A stretch of 64,000 nucleotides of DNA from Hemiscyllium ocellatum (Eukaryota). Shown here piece by piece: positions 36,561-47,512 of this stretch. Position 1 is the stretch's first letter; every line of letters starts with the position of its first letter. The notes under the pieces were generated by a model, which had not been told where the DNA came from, ran no database searches, and saw only the letters and a list, made by a program, of their open reading frames with translations. The position numbers were made by a program, and so were the translations under genes. The stretch lies in contig NW_026869159.1 in NCBI RefSeq assembly GCF_020745735.1, positions 62,001-126,000 of the forward strand, given 5' to 3'.

Positions 36561-37951
36561 CCTAAATCCTCTGCTTGGAGGAATATTCCACATTTCGCGA
36601 GCAGTTCATCTTTACTTTCATGATTTGGTTTATTCTGTTAGTGAGCATGATACATTAATGAACCATTGCTCTGAGTTTTATCTCATCCACCCCATTAACT
36701 GCGTCAGGGTATATATGATTTGTAAGAGGTCACCTTCTGCATCTCTGCTTCTCAGAGAGAAGAGACCTGGCGAAAACATGCAATTTTGGGCCTCCAAAGC
36801 TTTATGAGGAACGGAATGCTGCATATTCAAGGAAACGCCTTGATTGAATTATTTCTCCTTGTGGCAGTGCTAGTAACTGAGACCTTAATCTCGAACTGTG
36901 ACGATTGTATGGACTTTTCAGCCCAGAGTAAATTGTACTGGATGTCTATCCTGTGACAATTCTATATGTTCAAATTAGACGACTTTTCTTTATTTTAACC
37001 GCGATGCAATGTAGCTGAGAACTCGTAATCACTTCACAAGGGATAGCAATAATATCTCAGGAGACGGTATGATGAATCAGAGCCGCACTTGCTCCAAAAC
37101 ACACCAATTGGAGAGGGAACATCAATCCATCGACCAGCCCATCACAATATAAAACTCACCAAATATTCTTGTCAGGGTTATACCTCCGACAATGTCGTGG
37201 AAATTGTCACCTCAGCGTTTTCCTTTTGAGGTATCGTTTCTTGCTGGTTTTAAATGTGCAAAGGCCAAGTTTGAAACTGTACCCTTATGCTGCTAAAATA
37301 TAGCAAACTGAAGTCTCAAAAGGGCTACATTGACGAAAAGTATTTACAATTCCTAATTTAAGACTGAGGTTGGAAAACTGGGGAAATGGTTCATTGTATG
37401 CAGACACATATGAATGCAATGGAAAGGAATAAAAAACGACTATAATTCCTATCACCAGCCACAGGTAATTCCTGGAATTACCTCGTGTTGTTCGTGTTCT
37501 CAGTCTCCACACTTTCTATCATACTGGTGCGACCCCAACATTGACTTGTGAGAAATACTCCAGGTCAGTGAAACCACTGACCCAGGACCGATTTGAATAC
37601 ATGCATTCTTTTGGAAAAGGAGGAGAAAGTGAGGACTGCAGATGCTGAAGATCAGAATCGAGAGTGCGGTGCTGGAAATGCACAACAAGACAGGAAGCAT
37701 CAAAAGAGCAGGAAAATCGACGATGAAAGGCTTATGCCAGAAACATCGATGTAATTTTTCAATACCACAACCTCAATTCTTTTGGGAAAATCAGGAATCG
37801 AGTTCGTTATTCTCCCCAAAATTTGGAAAATGTTACAAAAAGTTTACTTCCAAAAGGTTTGTTTTGAGTATCTTTGCAACTGAAGTTCAAAATATTAAAC
37901 CGAACATTCATGAAGATAGTCTATAACGAGTTGGAGTGCAGAGTAACTTAC

Positions 37952-38001
37952 CAGGTGTGACAGTCACCATTGTCCCGGGTCCATCGACATGGTAATAACA
38001 T
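37952..38001 (-). CDS. NAR-TCR J segment (CYYHVDGPGTMVTVTP)
   Basis: IgNAR-like GxGT-xVTV motif, N-terminal Cys and phase-1 donor G|gtaagt. G+AT forms Asp on splicing to 35497. Confidence 0.92.
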
Positions 38002-38040
38002 CACAGCAATACTCCTCTTAGTCTCCCCTGCACAAGAACT
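38002..38040 (+). other. J 23-RSS
   Basis: CACAGCA - 23 nt - ACAAGAACT, reading away from the J coding end. Confidence 0.9.
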
Positions 38041-38351
38041 AACGGTATCTCCAACAGTCGAGAAATCACCAGCGTGCTATTGAATGCTCTAAAAATTCAG
38101 AGCTTTTAGATAAATAAGCAATATTCCTTGTGTCCAAGTTTCCTTTGGCTCTCGTTAATTTCCTGGTAATTTGTAAAATGGCACATGAATGTGGGAGTCA
38201 AGTGTTCTCTTCATATAAGCAGAGAAGAATCTATCAAAGAAATTAGTGCTTGCTCGAGTGAGTAAAAATATCAACTTATATTACAGTGAAGAGAACTTCT
38301 TGCCGACAATTGACAATTGCTGCTGGAAAAATTGTATTAAAATTGCACAGA

Positions 38352-38423
38352 GGTATTTGGTTAGGCTCCTTTCATTGTGTCTCGTGCACAAAACACACAA
38401 TGTTGCAAATCAATTTAAAACTT
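38352..38423 (-). other. NAR-TCR D segment (38380-38395, TGTTTTGTGCACGAGA) flanked by two 12-RSSs
   Basis: Plus strand: GGTATTTGG-12-CATTGTG-[16 nt]-CACAATG-12-TTAAAACTT. The 12/12 geometry fits the 22-RSS of the V and the 23-RSS of the J. Confidence 0.82.
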
Positions 38424-38738
38424 TCCAGGACCAGTTGAGATTTGGGTTTGACAGGTGTACTGTAATTCCTGATTCCAGCTGTTCGATTAACATTGCGACT
38501 CGTGTCAATATCCTGTAATCGTGATCAAGTATTCCTAACTTCCATTCAGCCACACAAATCCCGACAAAGGACTCACCATCCAAACACACTTGGCATCTGT
38601 GAAATTCATCTTGTTATTGACAATAATACAGTAGATATGTAAATTGGATTATGGGGCAAAAATTAAAAGGCAGAGCTGTGCGAATTTCTGGGCAGATTAG
38701 CTGGGTTTCAATTTATTTCTGGAATAATCTCCTGCGAG

Positions 38739-38776
38739 AGTTTTTGAGCGACGGGAAGCCGAGGCCTGTCACTGTG
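38739..38776 (-). other. NAR-TCR V RSS (22-bp spacer)
   Basis: CACAGTG - 22 nt - TCAAAAACT. Confidence 0.9.
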
Positions 38777-39072
38777 TGCATAGCACGAGTATTGAGCTTT
38801 ACAGTAATAGGTGGCAGTGTCTTCAACTCTGGCATCCCGAATTTTCAACGAAAATGTCTTTTGAGCTTTATCCGTGGACAGAACAAATCTCCCGCCGCTG
38901 GAGATCCGCTCCCATTCTGTGGCTGTCTGCGTTTGTTTGAAGAATGTTCCACTCTCAAAATGATAAGTGTAATACCAATGATATTCATTAAAAGCACAGG
39001 TGATGGTAAGGGACTCACACTCGTTCTTAGAAACATTTAAAGGTTTCTGTGTCACTGACTGACTGAATAAAC
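38777..39072 (-). CDS. IgNAR-like V exon of NAR-TCR (NTCRV), intact
   Basis: QSVTQKPLNVSKNECESLTITC...WERISSGGRFVLSTDKAQKTFSLKIRDARVEDTATYYCKAQYSCYA. The ERIS.GGR and YYCKA motifs and the short CDR2 region are VNAR hallmarks. Acceptor atttgcag. Confidence 0.93.
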
Positions 39073-39222
39073 CTGCAAATTAAACAAAGAGAAGTAAATG
39101 GGCAATAGAACTGACCCACACAACGCGGTTCAAATCCCAGACCGTGCCTGTAATTCAGACGAACTTGAGTAAGATTGTAGTTTTTCATTCACACGATGTT
39201 GCTTTCCGTGATTGGTACTCAC

Positions 39223-39265
39223 AGGGTAAATAGAGACACAGGACCAAACCAAGGAGGGCACCCAT
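39223..39265 (-). CDS. Leader exon of the NAR-TCR V (MGALLGLVLCLYLP)
   Basis: ATG at 39265, 43 nt, hydrophobic, donor T|gtgagt, 150-bp intron, in frame with 39072. Confidence 0.92.
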
Positions 39266-41289
39266 CGTTCGCTAGCTGGGAGCTGATATTTTTTGATGAT
39301 GGGGAATGACAGATAATTCTGGGATATCCGATCGTGACCTGCACCGTATTAATGGATATGAATGGAGGTGATTTGCAGGCAGAGTCAGTGAGGTGATTGA
39401 TGGGCCGAATGGATTTAAGGACTCTGTACTTTCATTGTCTGATTAAGTGGTAGGCTTTCATAGGAAACTTCCCGTTTTATGTGCTTCACCAGCTCTGTGA
39501 GCTGGATTTGTAATCCCCTCCCACATTTGCCCAATGCACACGGGTCGGGGGTGGGGTTAAAGGTGGAGACATTTTCTGTCAGTGATCGCTTCATCCCTAC
39601 TTGGCCCCGCGGAAATGAGCTTGGTACGCGGCCTTTGTTTCTATTGTGTCAAATGCGATCAGCAAAGAATGTGAAGCTGTGATACTGGAAGAATCCAAAG
39701 CAAAATTCTCCACTCTAGTATCTTCAGCACTATTTTCTTTTGTTTCCTGCCCATCCCCGTCTTCATTGTAAATCAACAGTGCTGGTGGTGTTTAATGCTG
39801 AGCACGTCAGCAGGACCTCAGTCAAACATTTGATCTCGAAAACTGTACCTCAACTTCTGCAGTTTCGCTCAGTCCTAGACTGAGAACCGGATTAAAAATG
39901 ATATATTCCAGAGAGAATGTTGTGGTGAATATATTTAATTGACATGCCAAGCAAACTTTCCCAGACTTCTGAACAAACAGTTCAGGTTGCAACTTTGCTG
40001 GCCGAGCTGATAGGTTTGCTCTTGGACGTTTCGTCACCATACTGGGTAACAGCATGTTGACGAAGCATCTGAGCAAACTCATGATCGGAACCTCAACCTG
40101 AGGTACAAATCTTCACAAAAGTCGTGAACAAACAGTTTCTCCAATTCCTTTCTGACTGTTGATATAATTTAACCCTAGAAAAATATTCGAAGTTTGAATT
40201 AGATTATTCCCCATTCTTTGAAACTGGAGACAATACAGATCGAGCATCCTCCACGGACCATCCAATTTGTCCAGTAATTAGTCTGAAATAGGGGTTAGTG
40301 CTGGTGGTGGGAGGTGTCCATTCTGAACGATACTCATCTGAGTCTTTTTTAGAAACTAACGATGTGAGCTTTCCTCAGAATGTCCACGTCTGCTCTTTCC
40401 AACTTTTAATTTTACTGATTTTTTTTCTTTTTCCCTTAAACCACTTCTAAGACTTTGTCCAGATGCAGCAGTGAGGTCCAAACGATTCGAAGTATGTTAA
40501 ATTGAATCCCTGTGCTTACACAGATTGGATTCAGCTGTCGCTCAGTTTGTGACAAAACAATAAACAAGTAGCTTTGATGCCTTTTATTAAAACAGGACAT
40601 TTGGAGAAACTCATCAGCACTGGCAGTATTTACACAGATAGAAAGTGTTATTGTTCTGGTTGGAAGACTCACATTTGGGACCTACTGTTCAGATGCTGCC
40701 AGACCTGTTGAGTTTCGCCAACATTTGAATGCCATTATTTCAAATCTCCAGTATCCATGGCAGTTTGGGCTACGGACCTAGGGACAGAGAATACCGTCTC
40801 GAAATACTTTTTGTCGCCGAATTTGAAACTCTACGGTTGGTGACCGTGTCTTGTGCAGTCTGGAACCTAAAATGAGAAATTTACCCCCGGAATATTTGAA
40901 AATCTTTACTATGTTTTCCTCCTTAATAACACGCCTTGTAACTGATCACTTTGGCCAAGCGTTTGATCCTGTGACTTTAAATGGCCGAAGGCTTCTGTGA
41001 AATTCCAAGACTTTTCATTACATTAAAGCCGAGTCATTAAGTTGTGGCGTTTCAATGAGTCCTGGTCACTGCGTCAAACTGGCGGCACCAATGTAAGTCA
41101 CAGGAGTTAGCATTTTACTACAGAGCTGGAAATAATTTAGTCCTGAATCCACTGCATTATTCCTGTCCTCTAGATCAAGTAACTGCCTTCTGTTTGCAAC
41201 ATAACAGCGCTACGTGTCTCTGGATCTATTGTAATATTCCTGCTGTCTGGATTAAATTTTTTGCAGCAGTAGCAGGAGCAACAATAGTG

Positions 41290-43113
41290 AGGAACAGGGG
41301 GCTGCCGGGTAGAGAAATTAATTGTTCAAAAGCCCAGCACTTGGGATCAGTGGTCGACATTTTTTGCAACTGCAGCGGGGAGAGCGAGAGCGAGCACCAA
41401 GGGACTGGTGGGAAAGTAAGTTAACCCTTTCAAAACTTACCTTGTGATTAGGCAGAACGCAAGCTGAGCGGGAGCGGATAAAGGACAGCTGAGTAAATGA
41501 GGCAACATATTTAGGTGGTTGCTTTATTTCAGTATTGTCTCCCACCTATCCCCCTGCTCTAACCAAAACCATAATGTCCTGAGCGCAGATTTGGAAAGGT
41601 TACTAGTTCTTCTACATATAGTTTGTTCGGGATTTGATGGTTGGGCATTCGAATGATCCTTCTCGAGAATGTGGGAGGTAATGATCACGACCAGGGTCCC
41701 CACTGACTTCATTTGCGGTAAGGCACCCAACTCCAGCTGCTTGGAAACCGCATTCGGGAATTTGAGCTGGAACTGATGGTCTTCGGAACTTTCAGGAGGC
41801 TGTGGGGCAATTGAGATTAGTTACAGGGATGTTCAGGAAAATTGTAGATTGGTGACAGTTCAGGGACGGAGAGGGAACATGTAGACAGTGCAGGGAAATC
41901 CTTTTTCTGTTTACCTCAATGACAAGTAGATCGTTTTGGATACTATTGGGGGATAACTTAGCAGGGGTAAGCAATGGGCTACTTGTCTCTGGGACAGAAG
42001 GGAAAGGGGAAGAGGAAAAGTAAAAGGAAGAGAGTATTGTCATTAGGGTCTTCATAGTTAATGGTACAGAAAGGAGACCTTGTGCGAATGTGAGAATCTT
42101 GTGGTTGGTGTGTTACATCCCAAGTGCTAGCACCAGGAATATTCAGATCATGTTTTCGGTATCTTTCAGGAGGGGCTAGCAGTCCCAAATCGTGATCTAC
42201 AGGAGGACCAACGTCGGAAAAGGGATGTGGATGTAAGGAAAAAAATTCAAGGTGCTCTGCTGGAAACTTAGAGCTATAATAAAGACAGTTATTATCTCTG
42301 GCTTGTTATTTGTAACACAACCTAGCGTGGTGAGGAACAGGGTGAGAGAGCAGTCGAACATGCGACGACAGGGATGGTGCAGGAGGGAGGGATTCATAGA
42401 CCTGGATAATTGAGGCACATGTAAAAACAAGTAGGACTGCACCTGAACCGGAGGGGTACCAGTTTATGGTTTGGGTGCTGGATTTGTTGATGCTCTTCGG
42501 AACATTTAAGCTAATTCAGCAGGAGGATAGGAAACTGAATATTTGCTCCAGAGTTCAGGAGGCTTAGTGTAGTGAGGTCATATGTAAGGTGTCAAGTCAC
42601 AGGAATGTACCAGAAAGTGGGACAGTGATTTGTCATGTGTTTACTTGATCACGAGGAGCATCTGGAATAACGTTGGTGACATTGCAGCATGGGTTGGCAC
42701 CTGGGACTTCGATGTTGCAGGCATTTCGGAGACATGGACAAAGCAGTGACACGACTGATTGTTGTAGCTTCTGGGCTTCAGGTGTTTCAGTGAGATGAGA
42801 GAAGCTGGTAAAAGAGGGAAATTGTTGACAAAGGACGTTTGATGAGGACGTCAGATCCTGGCGATCAGAATCGAGAGTCTGGTGCTGGAAAAGCACACCA
42901 GGTCAGGCAGAATTCGGGAAGCAGGAGAATCGATATTTCGGGCATAAACCCTGAATCAGCAATGGGCTGAAGAAGGGTTTATGTCCAGAGTTCGATTCTC
43001 CCGATCCTTGGATGCTGCCAGACCTGCAGTGGTTTTCCAGCATTACACTCTCGACAGTATGTATATAGGCCAACAAGAGGCAAAGCCACACTGGATTTGT
43101 CACTGGGTAAGGA
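41290..43113 (+). mobile_element. Older CR1 LINE, 5' part (UTR, decayed ORF1, start of ORF2)
   Basis: Degenerate homology to 43600-45230. It ends at the codons for QYV.RPTR..ATLDLSLG, immediately before the young element. Confidence 0.8.
42871..43053. repeat. Head-to-head inverted pair of Penelope-derived repeats (about 180-bp palindrome)
   Basis: Left arm TCGAGAGT...GCTGGAAAAGCAC..CAGGTCAGGCAG...GGGCATAAACCC is the reverse complement of the right arm GGGTTTATGTCC...GATGCTGCCAGACCTG...TTTTCCAGCATTACACTCTCGA. Confidence 0.85.
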
Positions 43114-43446
43114 AGTCTCTCGGAAGACTTCGCGACGGCTGGTGGGTAAGTTTGGTCGCTTATTTATTAGTTAAAAAATTAAAGTTTTCCTTCAAAAAAG
43201 CGGTAGCAGACCCGGAAGGCGCTCTAGGTTACCTGGGTAAGGTTTTTTTTCTCCCCTTATTTAAACGCGGGCTCCGAGTTTTAGGCCTCAGTCTCTCGGA
43301 AGACTTCGCGACGGCTGGTGGGTAAGTTTGGTCGCTTATTTATTAGTTAAAAATTTAAAGTTTTCCTTCAAAAAAGCGGTAGCAGACCCGGAAGGCGCGC
43401 TAGGTTACCTGGGTAAGGTTTTTTTTTCTCCCCTTATTTAAACGCG
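43114..43446 (+). repeat. Two near-identical 156-157 bp monomers in the LINE 5' UTR
   Basis: AGTCTCTCGGAAGACTTCGCGACGG...CCCTTATTTAAACGCG at 43114-43269 and 43290-43446 (period 176). Confidence 0.95.
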
Positions 43447-43619
43447 TAGGCGAGTCACCCGAGGCACTACACGAGTAGTGCCTCCCACCCTTCCACCTCC
43501 TCGAACCTAACAATAAGACCAATTGTGACTAGCGGGTAAGTGCTGCATTTTCCTTGTTTGTTTCTTTAGATTTAGTTGGTTTTTGTTGTTTTTTTTAAGG
43601 AAAGCTTACTTTTAGAGGG

Positions 43620-44546
43620 ATGGCAGTGCAGAGAGGGCAATGTTCCTCTTGCAACATGTATGAGGTGAGGGAAGCCATTAGCGTCCCTGCTGAGTACACT
43701 TGCAAGAAGTGCACCCATCTCCAGCTCCTCCAAACCCGTGTTAGGGAACTGGAGCTGGAGTTGGATGAACTGCGGATCATTCGGGAGGCAGAGGAGGTCA
43801 TAGATCGGAGGTTTTGGGCAAGTAGTTACTCCGAAAGTTCAAGATAGATGGGTGACAGTGAGGGGGAGTGGGAGGACGAAGCCAGTGCAGGGACACCCTG
43901 CGGTCATTCCCCTCAAGAACAAGTATACCATTTTGGATACTTGTGGGGGGATGACTTACCAGGGGCAAGCAACGAGGTTCAGGCCTCTGGCACGGAGCCT
44001 GGCCCCGTTGCTCAGAAGGGTAGGGTGGAGAAAGGTAGAGCAATAGTTCTTGGGGACTCGATAGTGAGGGGTACAGACAGACGGTTTTGTGGGGGTGACA
44101 GGGACTCACGTTTGGTATGTTGCCTCCCAGGTGCAAGGGTACGTGATGTTGCTGATCGTGTTTTCCGGGTCCTTAAGGGGGAGGGGGAGCAGCCCCAGAT
44201 CGTGGTCCACGTTGGCACCAACGATATAGGTAGGAAGAAGGGTGAGGATGTCAGACAGGCTTTCAGGGAGCTAGGTTGGAAGCTCAGAGTTAGAACAAAC
44301 AGAGTTGTAGTCTCTGGTTTGTTACCCGTGCCACGTGATAGAGAGTCGAGGAATAGGGAGAGAGAGCAGTTAAATGCGTGGCTACAGGGATGGTGCAGGA
44401 GGGAGGGATTCCGGTTTCTGGACAACTGGGGTCCTTTCTGGGGAAGGTGGGACCTCTATAAAAAGGATGGGCTACACCTGAACCTGAGGGGCACCAGTAT
44501 CCTTGGGGGGAGGTTTGCTAGTGCTCTTTGGGAGGGTTTAAACTAA
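43620..44546 (+). pseudogene. CR1 ORF1 (Zn-finger/leucine zipper plus SGNH esterase-like domain), one frameshift near 43810-43850
   Basis: CSSCNMYE..CKKCTHLQLLQTRVRELELEL; IVLGDSIVRG, VHVGTNDIG, DGLHLN. Confidence 0.9.
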
Positions 44547-47400
44547 CTCCGTGGGGGCATGGGAACCAGGACTGTAGCTTTAGGGTACAGGACCTTGAGT
44601 GTAGGGAGGTTAGGAATAATGCAGCGATCTCTAAGGAGGGTGCCTGTAACCAGAAAGGTGGATTGAAGTGTGTATACTTCAATGCCAGAAGTATAAGGAA
44701 TAAGGAAGGTGAACTTGCAGCGTGGGTTGGTACCTGGGACTTCGATGTTGTGGCCATTACAGAGACGTGGGTAGAACAGGGACAAGAATGGCTGTTGCAC
44801 GTTCCAGGGTTCAAATGTTTTAGTAGGATCAGACATGGGGGTAAAAAAGGGGAGGCGTGGCATTACTTGTCAAAGACAGTATCACAGCAGTGGAATGGAC
44901 GATGGAAGAGGACTTGCCATCTGAGGTAGTTTGGGCTGAGGTTAGAAATAGGAAAGGTGAGGTCACCCTGTTAGGTGTTTTCTACAGGCCTCCTAATAGT
45001 CCTAGAGAAGTAGAGGATAATATTGCGAGGATGATTCAGGAAAAGAGTGAAGGTAGCAGGGTGGTTGTTATGGGGGACTTTAACTTCCCAGATATTGACT
45101 GGGAGAGCTATAGCTCGATTTCATTAGATGGGTCGGTGTTTGTACAATGTGTGCAGGAGGGTTTCCTGACACAATATGTCGACAGGCCAACAAGAGGGGA
45201 GGCTATATTGGATTTGGTTCTAGGTAATGAACCAGGCCAGGTGTTAGATTTGGAGGTAGGTGAGCACTTCGGGGACAGTGACCACAACTCGGTGACTTTT
45301 ACTTTAGTGATGGAGAGGGATAATCGTGCGCCGCAGGGCAAGAGCTATAGCTGGGGGCAGGGAAATTATAATGCTGTGAGGCATGACTTAGGATGTGTGG
45401 ATTGGAAAAACAGGCTTCAAGAGAAGAACACTAATGAGATGTGGGGATTGTTCAAGGAGCAGCTACTGTGTGTCCTCGATAGGTATGTACCAGTCAGGCA
45501 TGGTGTAAAGGGCCTTGTGAGGCAGCCGTGGTTTAGTAAGGAATTGGAGTCCCTTGTGAAAGGGAAGAAGGCGGCATATGTAAAGATGAGGCGTGAAGGT
45601 TCAGTAGGGGCGATTGAGAGTTATAAGGTAGCCAGGAAGGAGCTAAAGAGGGAGCTAAGAGAAGCGAGAAGGGGACATGAAAAGTCTTTAGCTGGTAGGA
45701 TTAGGGAAAACCCAAAGGCTTTCTATAGGTATGTCAAGAATAAAATGATGACTAGGGTAGGTATCGGTCCAGTCAAGGATAGTAGTGGGATGTTGTGTGT
45801 GGAGGCGGAGGAGATTGGAGAAACATTAAATCAGTACTTTTCATCAGTATTCACTCAGGAACAGGACACTGTTGCTGATGTGAATCTGGAATCACAAATA
45901 ATTAGAATGGATGCCCTGGAAATATGCAGGGAAGAGGTTTTGGGAATATTGGAAAGGATGAATATAGATAAGTCTCCTGGGCCTGATGGCATTTACCCCA
46001 GGATCCTATGGGAAGCTAGGGAGGAGATAGCAGAGCCATTGGCCTGGATTTTTATGTCGTCATTGTCAACGGGAATAGTACCAGAGGAATGGAGGATAGC
46101 GAATGTGGTCCCATTGTTCAAGAAAGGGAGTAGGGATAGCCCTAGTAACTATAGGCCAGTGAGTCTGACTTCAGTGGTGGGCAAAGTCTTAGAGAGAATG
46201 GTAAGGGATAAGATTTATGAACATCTGGGTAGGAATAACGTGATCAGGGATAGCCAGCATGGTTTTGTGAAGGGCAGGTCGTGCCTCACAAACCTTATTG
46301 AGTTCTTTGAGAAGGTGACTAAGGAAGTGGATGAGGGTAAAGCAGTAGATGTTGTGTATATGGATTTTAGTAAGGCGTTCGATAAGGTTCCCCATGGTAG
46401 GCTAATGCTAAAACTACGGAGGTATGGCATTGAGGATACTTTAGAGGTTTGGAATAGGAATTGGCTGGCTGGAAGGAGACAGAGGGTAGTAGTTGATGGA
46501 TTATGTTCATCTTGGAGCGCAGTTACTAGCGGTGTACCACAAGGATCTGTTTTGGGACCATTGCTTTTTGTTATCTTTATAAATGATCTAGAGGAAGGAC
46601 TTGAAAGCTGGGTAAGCAAGTTTGCGGATGACACAAAATTCGGTGGAGTTGTGGATAGTGAGGAAGGAAGTGGTAGGTTACAGCGGGATATAGATAAGTT
46701 GCAGAGCTGGGCAGAAATGTGGCAAATGGAATTCAATGTAGCTAAGTGCGAAGTCGTTCACTTTGGTAGGAATAACAAAATGATGGATTACTGGGCTAAT
46801 GGTAGGCTACTTGGTAGTGTGGATGAGCAGAGGGATCTTGGTGTCCATGTACACAGATCTCTGAAAGTTGCCACCCAGGTAAATAGTGCTGTGAGGAAGG
46901 CATATGGTGTACTGGGCTTTATTGGCAGAGGAATTGAGTTCCGGAGTCCTGAGGTCATGTTGCAGTTGTATAAGACTCTGGTGAGGCCTCATCTGGCGTA
47001 TTGTGTGCAGTTTTGGTCGCCATACTATAGGAAGGATGTGGAAGCTTTAGAACGAGTGCAGAGGAGGTTTACCAGGATGTTGCCTGGAATGGTAGGAAAA
47101 TCTTACGAGGAAAGGCTGAGGCACTTGGGGCTGTTCTCATTGGAGAAGAGAAGGTTTAGGGGAGATCTGATAGAAGTGTATAAGATGATTAGGGGTTTAG
47201 ATAGGGTAGATACTAAGAACCTTTTACCGCTAATGGAGTCAGGTGTTACTAGGGGACATAGCTTTAAATTAAGGGGTGGTAGGTATAGGACAGATGTTAG
47301 GGTAGATTCTTCACACAGCGGGTTGTGAGTTCATGGAATGCCCTGCCCGTATCAGTGGTGAACTCTCCTTCTTTATGTTCATTTAAGCGGGCATTGGATA
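44528..47400 (+). pseudogene. CR1 ORF2 (APE endonuclease plus reverse transcriptase), frameshifts near 44850 and 47320
   Basis: YFNARS, AITETW, YRPP, MGDFN, SDHN; QHGF, YMDFSKAFD, GVPQGSVLGP, FADDTK. The uninterrupted stretch is 823 aa. Confidence 0.95.
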
Positions 47401-47512
47401 GGCATTTGGAAGTTATTGGGCTAGTATAGGTTAGGTGGGATTCGGTCGGCGCAACATCGAGGGCCGAAGGGCCTGTACTGCGCTGTATCCTTCTATGTTC
47501 TATGTTCTCTAT

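Larger units (their letters stand above)
43114..47512 (+). mobile_element. Near-full-length young CR1-clade LINE
   Basis: 5' UTR with duplicated monomers, ORF1, ORF2 and a 3' (TTCTATG)n tail. About three frameshifts. Confidence 0.95.

Noticed and set aside
37155-37215. Donor-like TTTG|GTGAGT on the minus strand as a vestigial leader for the supporting Vdelta
   Set aside because: There is no in-frame ATG and no hydrophobic core. A single splice-like motif is not enough.
45108-46992. Antisense ORFs up to 173 aa within the CR1 ORF2
   Set aside because: They are shadow ORFs opposite a long coding frame with no independent motifs.
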